Below are positions 48,365-58,735 of a stretch of 64,000 bases of DNA, piece after piece. The DNA comes from Candidatus Saccharicenans sp. (GTDB lineage Bacteria; Acidobacteriota; Aminicenantia; Aminicenantales; Saccharicenantaceae): NCBI GenBank assembly GCA_049719515.1, contig JBNARJ010000011.1, forward strand, positions 816 to 64,815, read 5' to 3'. Both the position numbers and the translations under genes were made by a program. Under the pieces are notes generated by a model that worked only from the letters and a program-made list of their open reading frames with translations, had not been told where the DNA came from and did no database searches. The stretch's first letter is position 1, and every line of letters starts with the position of its first letter.

Positions 48365-50413
48365 ATGCGCAAACCGCCAGTTTACCTGCTTTTGTTAATT
48401 TCCCTGACTTTTGTGACCATCGTGGCTGCGGCGGCCGGGGAAAAACACTATATTTTGTCCGGAGGAGAAAGAGATTTCTATTTCGCTCATATAAGTTATC
48501 TGCCGGCTGACCTTGGGAGCAAAAACCCGGAGGTCTTGAGAAGCGGGATAGCAGGAGCCGAGGAAGTACAGCTTAATCTTCCTCTTGTCCCGGGCGATGT
48601 TCTCGTCACCTACGACCGTCCGTGTGAAGTTCAATTTGACTCGGGAACGATAGTTAGGCTGGATGTTGATTCCAGGTTGAAAATAGAAACCGTCCTGGCT
48701 CAGACCTTAAGTTCTGAGGAAAAACTTTCCAGTCTTTTTCTGGAAAAGGGGCGGCTGTATTTGATGTATACAGCCTACAATTCATGGGAAATTTTTCAGC
48801 TGGTAACACCCGCGGCCGCCCTGAAGATGAAAAATCATACCGTTCTGGTGGTGGCCCAGGATGAACCGGGTCCGACTAAGATAGCCGTTCTTCAGGGGAG
48901 TGCCAAGGTTCTTTTTGGCCCGGACGAGAAAAACCTCAGGACCCAGGCTTTAAAAAAAGGCCAGAACTTGATTATCAGCGGAGCTTCTCAAACAGAAAAA
49001 GTTTCTGTCATCAGCGAGTTCGGTGAGTTTGTGGCCTGGAATGAAAAGATAAACAGGGAATTTGTGGAGCTCCATAAAGGCCTGACTCCACTCCCCAAAC
49101 CAGTTCAAAAATTGCCCTCAGCTGTTTTTTACTTTGCTCAGTATTATGGCAACAAATACGGAGAGTGGCTGTGGGATGACCTCTATGGTTATGTCTGGCG
49201 GCCTTTTTACAATGATATCTATCCCTGGGGCAACTGGTCCCCTTATTTTTATGGTCGCTGGTCTTATGTAAACGGAGAGCTTTTCTGGGTGCCGGAGGAG
49301 CCGTGGGGCTGGGTGCCTTATCATTTGGGAATCTGGCAGTGGGACAAGAAGCTCGGCTGGGTTTGGATACCGGGTTCGGTTTTTGCCCCGGCTTGGGTTG
49401 ACTGGTGTTTTTATTACGGTTACTTCAGCTGGCGGCCCTGGACGCTGAGTGATTTCCTGTTTTATGCCTATTACGGTCTGGGAACCGGTGATTATTACTG
49501 GAACAATTACTGGACAGGCTGGTCGACCGGTTCCTATTTTGCCGGAAACCAGATGAATAATTTCCTCAAAAAGGTCAGCAAGGACCAGCTCAAGAAGAGA
49601 AGCAGTGTGATTCCTTCAGAATTCAGGCAAGTATTGAATACCATGGCGCAGGCCGTAGAAAAGAATGACAGGACAGTGCTGGAAAGAATAGAGGGTAAAT
49701 CCCCGGCGGTGATAATTAGAAGGGAAGATATAGCCAGGACAGACCTCAGGTCGAGGATGATTACCTCTCCGGATAAAATTCAGGAACAGTTGAAAAATCA
49801 ACCTTCCGCTCCTTCAGCGGTTAAAGAAATTGCCGGTACAGGGTCTGCCAAAAACCCGGCCGAGGAGTTTTTAAAATGGCGGCAGGCCCAAGCCGTTTCT
49901 GAGAATAATGCCGGGGAAGCTGTTCGCCGAGTGGTAGCAGTGATGGACCGGAAACAGGTCCAGAGTCAGAGAAGCGCTGCTAATTTTCCTTCTCCAAGGA
50001 ATAATCCGGCAGAATATCTTAATGCCCCGGAAGCCAGGCGGGCCGAAAATGCCCGCAAGGCCGGCGGACCCGTTTTTAATCAGAGGCTCAGGTTCCGCGA
50101 CTGGAACCCTGATGTCCGGGTGGCCAGAGAAGCGGGTTTCAGCCTGGTGTATGATAGCTCTCGGAATGCCATTGTGGTTCCTGAACTGGGGGTAAGTTCG
50201 CGGGAAGCAAAAGAATGGAGGGTGAGGCTGACGCCCTCGGGTCTAATTCAGCATGTGCCTTCAGGTTGGGCGGATAACAGCAGCAGTTATATTTCATCTG
50301 ATTCTTCCTCCCCAGTGCCAACGGTTTCTCCCAAGACGATGTCTTCCGGCAGCTCAAATTCTGGACACAGCAGCGGTGGCAATTCCTCCAATGCCGGACG
50401 AGAAAAACACTGA
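48365..50413 (+). CDS. Secreted protein: FecR-like domain plus Trp/Tyr/Gly-rich repeat region plus Ser-rich C-terminal tail
   Basis: A signal peptide after MRKPP (start moved from 48341 to the second Met, which has an SD). A central region with more than 20 Trp (WGWVPYHLGIWQWDKKLGWVWIPG...). A Ser/Gly-rich tail. Confidence 0.5.
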   Translation: MRKPPVYLLLLISLTFVTIVAAAAGEKHYILSGGERDFYFAHISYLPADLGSKNPEVLRSGIAGAEEVQLNLPLVPGDVLVTYDRPCEVQFDSGTIVRLDVDSRLKIETVLAQTLSSEEKLSSLFLEKGRLYLMYTAYNSWEIFQLVTPAAALKMKNHTVLVVAQDEPGPTKIAVLQGSAKVLFGPDEKNLRTQALKKGQNLIISGASQTEKVSVISEFGEFVAWNEKINREFVELHKGLTPLPKPVQKLPSAVFYFAQYYGNKYGEWLWDDLYGYVWRPFYNDIYPWGNWSPYFYGRWSYVNGELFWVPEEPWGWVPYHLGIWQWDKKLGWVWIPGSVFAPAWVDWCFYYGYFSWRPWTLSDFLFYAYYGLGTGDYYWNNYWTGWSTGSYFAGNQMNNFLKKVSKDQLKKRSSVIPSEFRQVLNTMAQAVEKNDRTVLERIEGKSPAVIIRREDIARTDLRSRMITSPDKIQEQLKNQPSAPSAVKEIAGTGSAKNPAEEFLKWRQAQAVSENNAGEAVRRVVAVMDRKQVQSQRSAANFPSPRNNPAEYLNAPEARRAENARKAGGPVFNQRLRFRDWNPDVRVAREAGFSLVYDSSRNAIVVPELGVSSREAKEWRVRLTPSGLIQHVPSGWADNSSSYISSDSSSPVPTVSPKTMSSGSSNSGHSSGGNSSNAGREKH

Positions 50414-50491
50414 TGGAAATCTTCAAACCTGTTTGCTAAAATTCATTCGACTGGTTTTATTATCCAGGTCTGGTATTGAAAAGGAGGGCCC

Positions 50492-51373
50492 ATGCGTTCT
50501 GGTTTTGTGGCTGTGGTTGGTAAACCCAATTCCGGAAAATCAACTCTACTCAACGCTCTGACCGGGCAGAAGGTCAGCATTGTCTCTGAGAAGCCTCAGA
50601 CCACCAGGTTTAAAATAAGAGGGGTGGTCAACCGTCCGGAAGGACAGATTGTTTTTGTTGATACGCCAGGTTTTCACAAACCAAAAGATGCCCTGGGCGA
50701 ATACCTGAATTCTCAGGTTACAGGTACCTTGAGAGAAGTTGACCTGATACTTTTTCTGGCTGATAGCTCGCGAGAGCTCACGGAGGAGGACCGCCTGCTG
50801 ATGGAGGAAATAAAAAAAGCGCAGGCACCCTGCTTCCTGGTGGTCACCAAAAAAGACCTGGCCACGCCCGAAACGGTGTCTAAAACAGAACAGGAAGTGG
50901 CCCGGCTTTTACCCTGCAAAGAATCGGTGGTCATTTCCGCGGTTACCGGAGAAGGTCTGGACCTTCTTTTAGAAAAGATTTTCTCCTATTTGCCAGAAGG
51001 GCCTGCTCTTTATCCGGAGGATATGGTAACGGATTATCCGCTTAGCCTTCAGGCGGCGGAGATAATCAGAGAAAAGGTGCTTATGAACCTTCATCAGGAA
51101 GTGCCACATTCAGTGGCGGTGCAGGTCATCAAAATTGAGGAAAAACCAGAAAAGAACCTCTTGGCCATTCAGGCCGAGATATACGTTGAGAAAGATTCTC
51201 AGAAAAAAATTGTCATCGGCCGGGAAGGTTCAATGATTAAAAAAATCGGCACTCTCGCCAGAGAAGAACTTGAGCATATCACGGGGAAAAAAATATTCCT
51301 TGAACTTTATGTCAAAGTAAAAGAGAAGTGGAGGGATAAAGAATCATTTGTAAAAAAGCTTTATCTTTCTTAG
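50492..51373 (+). CDS. era: GTPase Era (with C-terminal KH domain)
   Basis: GKPNSGKSTLLNAL (G1), DTPG (G3), TKKD (G4) and a C-terminal KH region. AAGGAGGG RBS. Confidence 0.9.
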   Translation: MRSGFVAVVGKPNSGKSTLLNALTGQKVSIVSEKPQTTRFKIRGVVNRPEGQIVFVDTPGFHKPKDALGEYLNSQVTGTLREVDLILFLADSSRELTEEDRLLMEEIKKAQAPCFLVVTKKDLATPETVSKTEQEVARLLPCKESVVISAVTGEGLDLLLEKIFSYLPEGPALYPEDMVTDYPLSLQAAEIIREKVLMNLHQEVPHSVAVQVIKIEEKPEKNLLAIQAEIYVEKDSQKKIVIGREGSMIKKIGTLAREELEHITGKKIFLELYVKVKEKWRDKESFVKKLYLS

Positions 51374-51572
51374 CCTATTTAAAAATTTAAAAGACGGAAG
51401 GTCTGATATATCAGATATCAGAAAAAGTTATCTAAAAAAAATGGCTCCCATCAGCCCTTTTTGCTTTTCCCCTTTGTCAGAACACATGATTAGGATGACG
51501 AAATTTATTTTTGCAGAAAAAATTTGCAAATTTTTGGGTGTTCAATTAAGGTTAAAGGCCGAACAGTAATGT

Positions 51573-53948
51573 TTAATATGCCAGTTTTTTGTTTCGCGTT
51601 GGGCGGTAACTCCAGCCTTCTCCGTCCCAGAATCTTATTTTTTCTTTAAGAATTCTGAGTTCAGTAAGAGCCTGAGGGGGCAAAATCCCCTGAACCATGA
51701 ACTCTTTGATTTTCTCTATGGTCATGTCAGTCGGGCGGGAAAAAAGCGGTTGAAGATGGTAATCAAAATTATATATAATTTCATAAGGATTTTCCTTTGA
51801 AAATTCAGTCACGGACGCCTCTATCTTTTTATCTGTTCTGAGCAATTCAAGCTGACGGGTGTAATTTCTTAAGGCCATAACCTGGTTTAAGGTGGTTCGA
51901 GGGAACAGGATATAATATTCCTGTGTTCCGGGCGGGAGGCCTTGAAACTGGAATTCCGGGTTGCCGCTGGAGGGGGAGCATCCTTCGACCTTTCGGGGGT
52001 CAAGCACCAGCAGGCAGGCGCACTGGAAATCATTGTTGGTTCCGCCGAGGATAATTTCATTCCAGCCATCTTCGTCAATATCCTCGACCAGGCAGGCATC
52101 TCGGTTGAGATGACCGGCCTGCCAGTATTCTCCAATTATCCGTCCTGATGAGTTTAGAAGGGTGATTTGAACCGGATACCAGGTCGCATGGTTGGCCACC
52201 ACCAGGATGAATTTTTCCTCTGAGTTATTTTTGAGCTTCCAGATGCCCAGGTTCCGCACAATGTAGTTGTTGGAGAATTCGTCATTCAGTGTTTTAATCC
52301 TTTTACCCGGCTCAAATGACCAGCGCAGCTGACCATTTGGCTCAAAAAGTAATATTTCGGAAGTTCGCTTCTCCTGCTCTTTATAGTTTACGCCCACCAG
52401 TATTTCTTTTTTTCCGTCTCCTTCAAGGTCCATCAATTTCTGGGTCAGGCTTTCTGTTTCGGCTGAGCTTTTAAGCTGGTAGGCCCAGAGGACTTCTTTT
52501 TTTTCACCTATGGCCAGGAGTTTGTCATGATGCAGCTCCATGGCCACCACCGGCCTGGATGTCTTGAATGGAAAATAATTAGACCGGCTGCCAAACATGA
52601 ATAAAAAGAACAGACCGGTCAAAAACAGGACTGAAAAAAATGTTTTGGCCACGAGCTTTCTTTTAGTCTTTATAAGCCAGATTATTTTGGAAGTGGAGTT
52701 TCTCTGGATTAAACGCTCATCTTCGATAATGTCCATCAGACTTTTTGCCCCGATGAGCTCCAGCCGGCGGTGGGTGTGCCCGGTCAGAAACTGATAAAGA
52801 ATGAGACTGGCTTCCTTCATGTTTTCTTCAGGTATAACTAAGTAACGAATCCCTGAGTAAAAAGCTGCTTTAATCTTCATCTCCAGGCTTTCTGGTTCGA
52901 TGCGCAAAACCTGGCCATTCAGGTCGACCCGACCGGTAAAAGCTGCCTGCCGGCTTATCGATAAAGAGTGTGGTGCTTTGAAAGTCCTGAGCTTTTGAGC
53001 GAGGGCCAGCAGGGTGACCGGCAGCCCGAGGCTCTGCCCGGGATAAATGAACTTTTTATCAGGAAAAGAAAAAATTATAAAAAATGGGGGAAGTTCCAGC
53101 CTGAAGGCCCTGTGAAGGACATAATCGGCGGCTTCGAGACCGTCAGCTAAGGAGGCAGAAAGTGCTTCCTCCAAAGAAGACATCAAATTAGAAAACTTAA
53201 AGATGTTTTGACCGTCGGCCACCGCCATTTTTCGGCCATGAGCTGAAAGGGAAATGATTCTGGCTTTTTCCGGAGGGGAAAAAGTTTCTCTTTTTTCGAT
53301 CAGTGAACAGTAGAGGCTGTCTGAGGAAAAACCGCGGTACTTCTCCCATTTTTCAAAGATAAAATCTTTATCAGCCAGGATTTCTTCAGGCAATCCGGCT
53401 GAATTAAAAAATTCAACACACATTTCCAGGTTGGATAGCCGGGTGTTTTTGATCCTGAGAATCTGCTCGTAAGATAACGGACAAACAGCCGTCAGCAGGT
53501 CCTTAGCTTCTGGCACCGGGCCGCCTTTTAGCAGCCTGTTTTTAAAAACAAGGGCCTGACAGGCGCGGTCGAGTTCTCCCAAATAAAAATATTGAAGAGC
53601 CAGATAAAAGAGCAGGTTGGTCAGCCCCTCTCGGATGAGATTTTGGTCGAGCTTATCGGGGAATTTTCGGTAGAAATTGACTGCAGACTCAAAAATCGTC
53701 AGCAATTCATCTGGTGGAACAGATTCTGGCTGCATGCTGGCCAGCAGATAGAAAAACACGCCAGCGTACTGAAGATAAAATGAATAGACCAGGTCTTCGT
53801 TTAATCCTCTGGTTTCGTTTATGAACTGACAGATGACACGGACGCGGGAGGCGTCATCGGCCGCCAGAGTTATTTCGGATATGCTTCTGCGAAATAATTC
53901 CTCCAGTTGCAGGGGAGAAAGCTCGGGCGAGGAAGATGTGTTATCCAT
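51573..53948 (-). CDS. Large membrane protein: N-terminal unknown domain, Lon-like (S16) Ser-Lys protease domain, single TM helix, C-terminal periplasmic FG-GAP/beta-propeller-like domain
   Basis: PGQSLGLPVTLLAL...AAFTGRVDLNGQVLRIEPESLEMKIKAAFYSGIRYLVIPEEN aligns with Lon GPSAG...[28 protein letters not shown].EN, with the catalytic Ser and Lys conserved. The TM helix is FFSVLFLTGLFFLFMFG. The C-terminal region has DIDEDGWNEIILGG, which is FG-GAP-like. Confidence 0.55.
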   Translation of the reverse strand: MDNTSSSPELSPLQLEELFRRSISEITLAADDASRVRVICQFINETRGLNEDLVYSFYLQYAGVFFYLLASMQPESVPPDELLTIFESAVNFYRKFPDKLDQNLIREGLTNLLFYLALQYFYLGELDRACQALVFKNRLLKGGPVPEAKDLLTAVCPLSYEQILRIKNTRLSNLEMCVEFFNSAGLPEEILADKDFIFEKWEKYRGFSSDSLYCSLIEKRETFSPPEKARIISLSAHGRKMAVADGQNIFKFSNLMSSLEEALSASLADGLEAADYVLHRAFRLELPPFFIIFSFPDKKFIYPGQSLGLPVTLLALAQKLRTFKAPHSLSISRQAAFTGRVDLNGQVLRIEPESLEMKIKAAFYSGIRYLVIPEENMKEASLILYQFLTGHTHRRLELIGAKSLMDIIEDERLIQRNSTSKIIWLIKTKRKLVAKTFFSVLFLTGLFFLFMFGSRSNYFPFKTSRPVVAMELHHDKLLAIGEKKEVLWAYQLKSSAETESLTQKLMDLEGDGKKEILVGVNYKEQEKRTSEILLFEPNGQLRWSFEPGKRIKTLNDEFSNNYIVRNLGIWKLKNNSEEKFILVVANHATWYPVQITLLNSSGRIIGEYWQAGHLNRDACLVEDIDEDGWNEIILGGTNNDFQCACLLVLDPRKVEGCSPSSGNPEFQFQGLPPGTQEYYILFPRTTLNQVMALRNYTRQLELLRTDKKIEASVTEFSKENPYEIIYNFDYHLQPLFSRPTDMTIEKIKEFMVQGILPPQALTELRILKEKIRFWDGEGWSYRPTRNKKLAY

Positions 53949-54636
53949 AGATGTTAATTTGAACCTTCTCAGAATTTATGAACCTGGCCGGAACCTCAAA
54001 AAGGGCCATATTTTTAAAGGACGTGGCTATCAGGGGTTCTTCCCCCTCTTTAACCAAAACCATTTTTTTCAGTTTCAGTGCGGAGTTTGGGTTCAGGAAC
54101 TTGACCTTGATGGTCAGGTCTCGTTCCTGGCTGAATATTTCAACTTCGAGGGCTGATTCTTTAAAGCTTTCTATGCACCAGGCCTGTTTGAGAAAGGCAG
54201 TTTGCTTTGTTTCGGGCGGAGAGAATTCAAAAATGGCTGCCGGGGGCATGAGCTTTATTGACGGATTAGATAATTCCAGGTCCTCAAGCGAAACCAGCCC
54301 GTGAGAATCGGTCAGGTAGCACCGGGCTTGGTCCCTGGGGCAGATAAACACATACTGGTAACCGGATTTTTCTCGATGCAACAGGTGAGCCTGCAGCTGA
54401 TGATGGATCGGATCATTTATGATTCTTAAAAGATACTGTCCGTCAGATGAAGCCAGCGAGATCTTTTCTGAGTAATAATCGGCCGCAGATAAATGACTGA
54501 ATCCTATCAGGTTGGGAAAAGGAGGAGTTTCAGACCTGACTTTATGCAGGCAAACATTGAACAGAGGCGGTCCCTCAGTTTTATTTTCTCCACAACAAGA
54601 AATTATTTTTTCAATTAATTCTTTCCTGGTTTTCAT
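53941..54636 (-). CDS. Hypothetical protein (middle gene of three-gene operon)
   Basis: 231 aa. Translationally coupled to neighbours (8 nt and 4 nt overlaps). No motif recognised. Confidence 0.45.
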   Translation of the reverse strand: MKTRKELIEKIISCCGENKTEGPPLFNVCLHKVRSETPPFPNLIGFSHLSAADYYSEKISLASSDGQYLLRIINDPIHHQLQAHLLHREKSGYQYVFICPRDQARCYLTDSHGLVSLEDLELSNPSIKLMPPAAIFEFSPPETKQTAFLKQAWCIESFKESALEVEIFSQERDLTIKVKFLNPNSALKLKKMVLVKEGEEPLIATSFKNMALFEVPARFINSEKVQINIYG

Positions 54637-55679
54637 TTACCCGCCTGTGCACACTGATAGTTGATTTGTTCCAACTTTTGTTTCAAGAATTCCCTTGAAT
54701 TTTTTACCAGGTATTCAAAAATCATTCTCTTGTTCTGCCGGTAGTCGTCAGGAGTAATTTCTGGAAGATGACGTTTAAGGTAATTATAGAGAGATTTTTC
54801 CTGGCCACCGTCCTGCCAATCTCGGAAGAGGTCATTAAGAGCCAGCAGCCAGGCTTCCTTTTCTTTGTGGTTTATTCTTTTCTTCTGGACGTATTTTCCG
54901 ACCAGCCGTTTGTTATAATTCATAAGTTCTTCAAACCACTGCTGTAAATTTTTGTTGACATCGTAAACCGGGTATCTGTCCGGCGAATAAAAAGCGGCTC
55001 CGGCTTCGACCATTAGATAATATTTCTGTACGGAAACAAAAAGGTCATAAATCCCGGAAAGTGACATTTCTAAGCCGGCGCCATTATTTTCGAGTATTTC
55101 AGCCAGCCGTCGGAAAAATTTGGGAATCTGTAACCCGCCCAGCCGGTTTTTTAGACATAGGCTCAGCAAACCATCTATCTCATTTGAATAAATTACCGAG
55201 GGCTCGCCTTTCGGCCGGAAGGTTATTTGTGGATTGTTGGACCTGTTCTTTATCTTGAACTGGCTGGTCTTTTTCAAAGCGTAAAGGATTTCTCTTTTTA
55301 TTTTATTTCTTTCCGGTGTTATTTCATTGCTCAGGAAATAGTAGGTTTGTTTCAGTCTGCGTAAAAGTACGCTTCGCAGATAACGCTGGAAGTCCTCTTC
55401 ATTTGAGGCCAGAAATTTTTCCACTGTTTTCCAGTCAAACAGGCGTTCCAGCACCGGGTATCTCCCCTTACTGTTCTTGATGAACAGATTGGAGATGGCC
55501 AGATAGGCGATGTCCCTTGGCTCGTAATTGGCCAGGTACAGATGATACCCCCGATTTTTCTTGATAACGGGAAGTAACTCGTCAACCATGGCTGTAATCA
55601 GGTCTCGCAGGTCTTTTTCCGAATACTGATTGTTAATGACCAGAAGTAGCTTGAGCAAAAGGTTTTTCTGGAGGGCCAT
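54633..55679 (-). CDS. Hypothetical protein (first gene of three-gene operon), faint sigma-70 region-2-like segment
   Basis: 348 aa. DIAYLAISNLFIKNSK is reminiscent of sigma region 2.2-2.3, but this is weak. No HTH was recognised with confidence. Confidence 0.4.
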   Translation of the reverse strand: MALQKNLLLKLLLVINNQYSEKDLRDLITAMVDELLPVIKKNRGYHLYLANYEPRDIAYLAISNLFIKNSKGRYPVLERLFDWKTVEKFLASNEEDFQRYLRSVLLRRLKQTYYFLSNEITPERNKIKREILYALKKTSQFKIKNRSNNPQITFRPKGEPSVIYSNEIDGLLSLCLKNRLGGLQIPKFFRRLAEILENNGAGLEMSLSGIYDLFVSVQKYYLMVEAGAAFYSPDRYPVYDVNKNLQQWFEELMNYNKRLVGKYVQKKRINHKEKEAWLLALNDLFRDWQDGGQEKSLYNYLKRHLPEITPDDYRQNKRMIFEYLVKNSREFLKQKLEQINYQCAQAGK

Positions 55680-55893
55680 GTCAGTTTTCTCTGATCATCG
55701 TCATTTTTGCTATTAGTTTATCAAAAAAAACGCGGCCTTTGTCAACAGCATTAACTTTTTGTCAAAATTATTTGGATTTTTGCCTGTCTATTGAGTATAA
55801 TCAGTATGCAGGTAGGTTAACCTGGGGAGGGTTGACTTATTTGCCTTTTTTAGCTAATATTTTAAATCATTTTTAAGAGAGAGATGGCACAAA

Positions 55894-56160
55894 ATGATTA
55901 AATTACGTCTGATGAGATTCGGAGCAAAGAAAAAGCCCTCTTACCGGGTTGTGGCTATTGATTCCCGCAGAGCCAGACAGAGCAAGACTCTGGACACGGT
56001 TGGGTATTATAACCCGAGAACTGAACCGCTTGATTTTAAACTGGATATGGAAAAGGTTAATTACTGGCTGAGCAAGGGAGCCAAACCTTCGGAAACCGTT
56101 AGTTCACTGATAAATAGAGCAGTAAAGGGACAAAAATCAACCCAAGATTCTAAGTCTTAA
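55894..56160 (+). CDS. rpsP: 30S ribosomal protein S16
   Basis: [29 protein letters not shown]... is a canonical S16 N-terminus. Confidence 0.9.
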   Translation: MIKLRLMRFGAKKKPSYRVVAIDSRRARQSKTLDTVGYYNPRTEPLDFKLDMEKVNYWLSKGAKPSETVSSLINRAVKGQKSTQDSKS

Positions 56161-56171
56161 AGGAGGTTACT

Positions 56172-56408
56172 GTGAAAGAACTGGTTGAAATGATTGCCAA
56201 GTCTCTGGTTGACAATCCGGACAAGGTTCAGGTTTCCCAGCTTGAAGGGGAACAGACCACCATCCTGGAACTGAAGGTGGCACCTGAGGATCTGGGAAAG
56301 GTGATCGGAAAGCAGGGCCGTACAGCTCGTGCCATCCGGGTTATCCTGGGTGCAGCCGGCATGAAAATGAAACGGAGATTCAACCTGGAAATCATTGAGA
56401 AAGGTTGA
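56172..56408 (+). CDS. KH-domain RNA-binding protein (YlqC-like)
   Basis: [19 protein letters not shown] contains the GxxG KH motif. Its conserved position between rpsP and rimM. Confidence 0.8.
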   Translation: MKELVEMIAKSLVDNPDKVQVSQLEGEQTTILELKVAPEDLGKVIGKQGRTARAIRVILGAAGMKMKRRFNLEIIEKG

Positions 56409-56916
56409 GCTGGTAGCTGTCGGCCGGGTAATCCGGAGCGAAGGGAAGGATGGCACTCTTAAGATAAAATTACATGACTGGATAAAAAGAGAGCCATTCT
56501 TCAAAAAAGTCTATTTCGAAAAAGAAGGAGAGTTAAGGGAATACGAGGTTGAGCGATTCAGCCTCGTCCGAAACTCTCCTTTTTTAAAATTAAGAGGGGT
56601 TGAGGATCAAAGAAGGGCGGAGGAGTTAAGAGGGCGCGAGATACTTATTTCCAGAGAAGAATTTCCCCCTCTGGAAGCTGGAACCTATTACGACTTTGAG
56701 CTGCTGGGCTGCCGGGTGGAAACGGTGGACGGTCAGCTGGTGGGGCAGGTAGTCGAACTGCTAACTTATGGAGCCAATACCCTGTTAGTGGTTGAGGCTG
56801 GCTGGAAGCGGGTGGAAATACCTCTGGTAAATTCCATCTGCCGGGAGATAGATGTGAAGCGCGGGTTGATAAAAACCGACCTGCCGGAAGGGTTACTGGA
56901 TTTGAATGAGGTTTGA
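56395..56916 (+). CDS. rimM: 16S rRNA processing protein RimM
   Basis: An N-terminal [17 protein letters not shown] pattern, a PRC-barrel C-terminal region, and synteny with trmD. Confidence 0.8.
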   Translation: MRKVELVAVGRVIRSEGKDGTLKIKLHDWIKREPFFKKVYFEKEGELREYEVERFSLVRNSPFLKLRGVEDQRRAEELRGREILISREEFPPLEAGTYYDFELLGCRVETVDGQLVGQVVELLTYGANTLLVVEAGWKRVEIPLVNSICREIDVKRGLIKTDLPEGLLDLNEV

Positions 56917-57643
56917 TATAATAACCATCTTCCCGAGGATGTTCGACAGCCTGTTCTCGGCTGGAGTGGTGAAGAAAGCTGCAGAAAAGGGAATTCTCGA
57001 AATTAAAGTTCATGACCTGAGAGATTACACGACGGACAAACACAGGCAGGTTGATGACAGGCCATACGGAGGACTTGAAGGAATGGTTTTGAAACCGGAG
57101 CCAATTTTTCGGGCGGTGGAAGCTATCCGCCAGCCAGAAGGCTCACTGGTCTGTCTTCTTTCGCCTCAGGGAGAAGTGCTGAATACCAGGCTGGCTGAGC
57201 AATTGGCAGGTTACCGGCAACTGGTCCTGATATGTGGCAGGTACGAAGGAGTGGATGAGAGAGTAATTGAACATCTGGTTGACAGAGAAATCTCTATCGG
57301 AGATTACATCTTGACCGGCGGAGAGCTGGCCGCCGCGGTGGTGGTTGATGCTGTTTCCCGGTTTGTGCCGGGCGTGGTCGGGAAGGAAGGCTCGGTCGCA
57401 CGGGAGTCTTTTAAGGATGGGCTGCTGGATTTTCCCCAGTACACCAGGCCAAGAGATTTTCGCGGGTATAAAGTTCCTTCCGTTTTATTTTCAGGCGACC
57501 ACCAGAAAATAGCTCGCTGGCGGTTAAAAAAAGCGCTGGAAAAAACTCTGGTCAGAAGACCGGATTTATTAAAATCAAGGCAGCTTTCCTCAGAAGAGGA
57601 AGAGCTCCTCGAGGAAATTAAGAAAGAAAGGAAAGAGTCATGA
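56906..57643 (+). CDS. trmD: tRNA (guanine37-N1)-methyltransferase TrmD
   Basis: [10 protein letters not shown]..., [10 protein letters not shown], and the typical SPOUT TrmD order. Confidence 0.9.
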   Translation: MRFDIITIFPRMFDSLFSAGVVKKAAEKGILEIKVHDLRDYTTDKHRQVDDRPYGGLEGMVLKPEPIFRAVEAIRQPEGSLVCLLSPQGEVLNTRLAEQLAGYRQLVLICGRYEGVDERVIEHLVDREISIGDYILTGGELAAAVVVDAVSRFVPGVVGKEGSVARESFKDGLLDFPQYTRPRDFRGYKVPSVLFSGDHQKIARWRLKKALEKTLVRRPDLLKSRQLSSEEEELLEEIKKERKES

Positions 57644-57987
57644 GTAACTTAATTAGAGCTGTTGAGGAAAAGCATATCAGACAGGATATAGAACCTTTTC
57701 GGGTGGGTGACACGGTTAAGGTTCACGTGTTGATCAAAGAAGGCGATAAGGAACGCATTCAGATTTTCAAAGGCGATGTCATTGCCAAGAGGGGCTCCGG
57801 CCTGGGGGCCACCTTCACCGTGCGCAAGATTTCCTACGGTATCGGCGTGGAAAGAATCTTTCCGCTGCATTCAAAAGTGGTAAAAAAGGTGGAAGTCGTC
57901 AGGCATGGCAAAGTCCGGCGGGCCAAGCTTTATTATTTGCGGCAGCTAAAAGGCAAAGCGGCTAAACTCAGAGAAGAGCAGCAGTAA
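57640..57987 (+). CDS. rplS: 50S ribosomal protein L19
   Basis: [11 protein letters not shown]...[14 protein letters not shown]...FTVRKIS is canonical L19. Confidence 0.9.
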   Translation: MSNLIRAVEEKHIRQDIEPFRVGDTVKVHVLIKEGDKERIQIFKGDVIAKRGSGLGATFTVRKISYGIGVERIFPLHSKVVKKVEVVRHGKVRRAKLYYLRQLKGKAAKLREEQQ

Positions 57988-58095
57988 AATTTGGTGCGGG
58001 GCTAATTATCAAAATCCTTTGATTTAACTCATCAGGTGGTGGTTCCTCTATTTTTTTCTCGACGCCCGACTGATTTTTAGGTAAAATAACAGCAA

Positions 58096-58734
58096 ATGAT
58101 GGGTGTCGAAACCGAAAAAAAACTGATTAACGAGGGGTACCGTTTCATAGCCGGGTTGGATGAGGCAGGAAGGGGATGTCTTCTGGGGCCGGTGGTGGCC
58201 GCGGCGGTCGTGTTCGACCCGGATTTCTACCTTAATAAAATGCCTTCCTGGACCCAGGAAGTGGCTGATTCCAAGCTTCTTTCTCCGACTAAAAGGAGAG
58301 TGCTGGCTGACCTCATTCTAAAAGAAGTGGCAGACTTTAGCCTTGGCTACGCTACCAGCCAGGAAATAGACAGGATGAATATTTACTGGGCGAGTCAACT
58401 GGCCATGAAAAGAGCCATCCAGGGGCTTGGCTGCTCTCCAGATATAATTTTGGTTGACGGCTATCAAATAAAAGATATAGATTATTTGCAGAGAGGCATT
58501 CCGCAAGGAGACAGGCATGTGTTTTGTATTGCCGCTGCCTCAATCATAGCCAAGGTTTTTAGGGATGAGCTGATGCATGCCCTTGATACCGTGTTTCCTG
58601 AATACGAGCTGGGAAAAAATAAAGGTTATGGAACAGAAGGTCATTATCAGGCGCTGGAAAAATTCGGGCCCTGTGTTTTGCACCGAAAAACCTTTAAGTT
58701 AAACCGGGAGCGGTGGCTTATAGAAACAGAGTAA
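58096..58734 (+). CDS. rnhB: Ribonuclease HII
   Basis: GLDEAGRGCLLGPVVAAAVV carries the DEAGRG active-site motif. Confidence 0.9.
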   Translation: MMGVETEKKLINEGYRFIAGLDEAGRGCLLGPVVAAAVVFDPDFYLNKMPSWTQEVADSKLLSPTKRRVLADLILKEVADFSLGYATSQEIDRMNIYWASQLAMKRAIQGLGCSPDIILVDGYQIKDIDYLQRGIPQGDRHVFCIAAASIIAKVFRDELMHALDTVFPEYELGKNKGYGTEGHYQALEKFGPCVLHRKTFKLNRERWLIETE

Positions 58735-58735
58735 G

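Noticed and set aside
51404-51415. Perfect palindrome CTGATATATCAG downstream of era
   Set aside because: It has an AT-only centre and no T-run, so it is unlikely to be a terminator. With no second copy or context, it is treated as chance.
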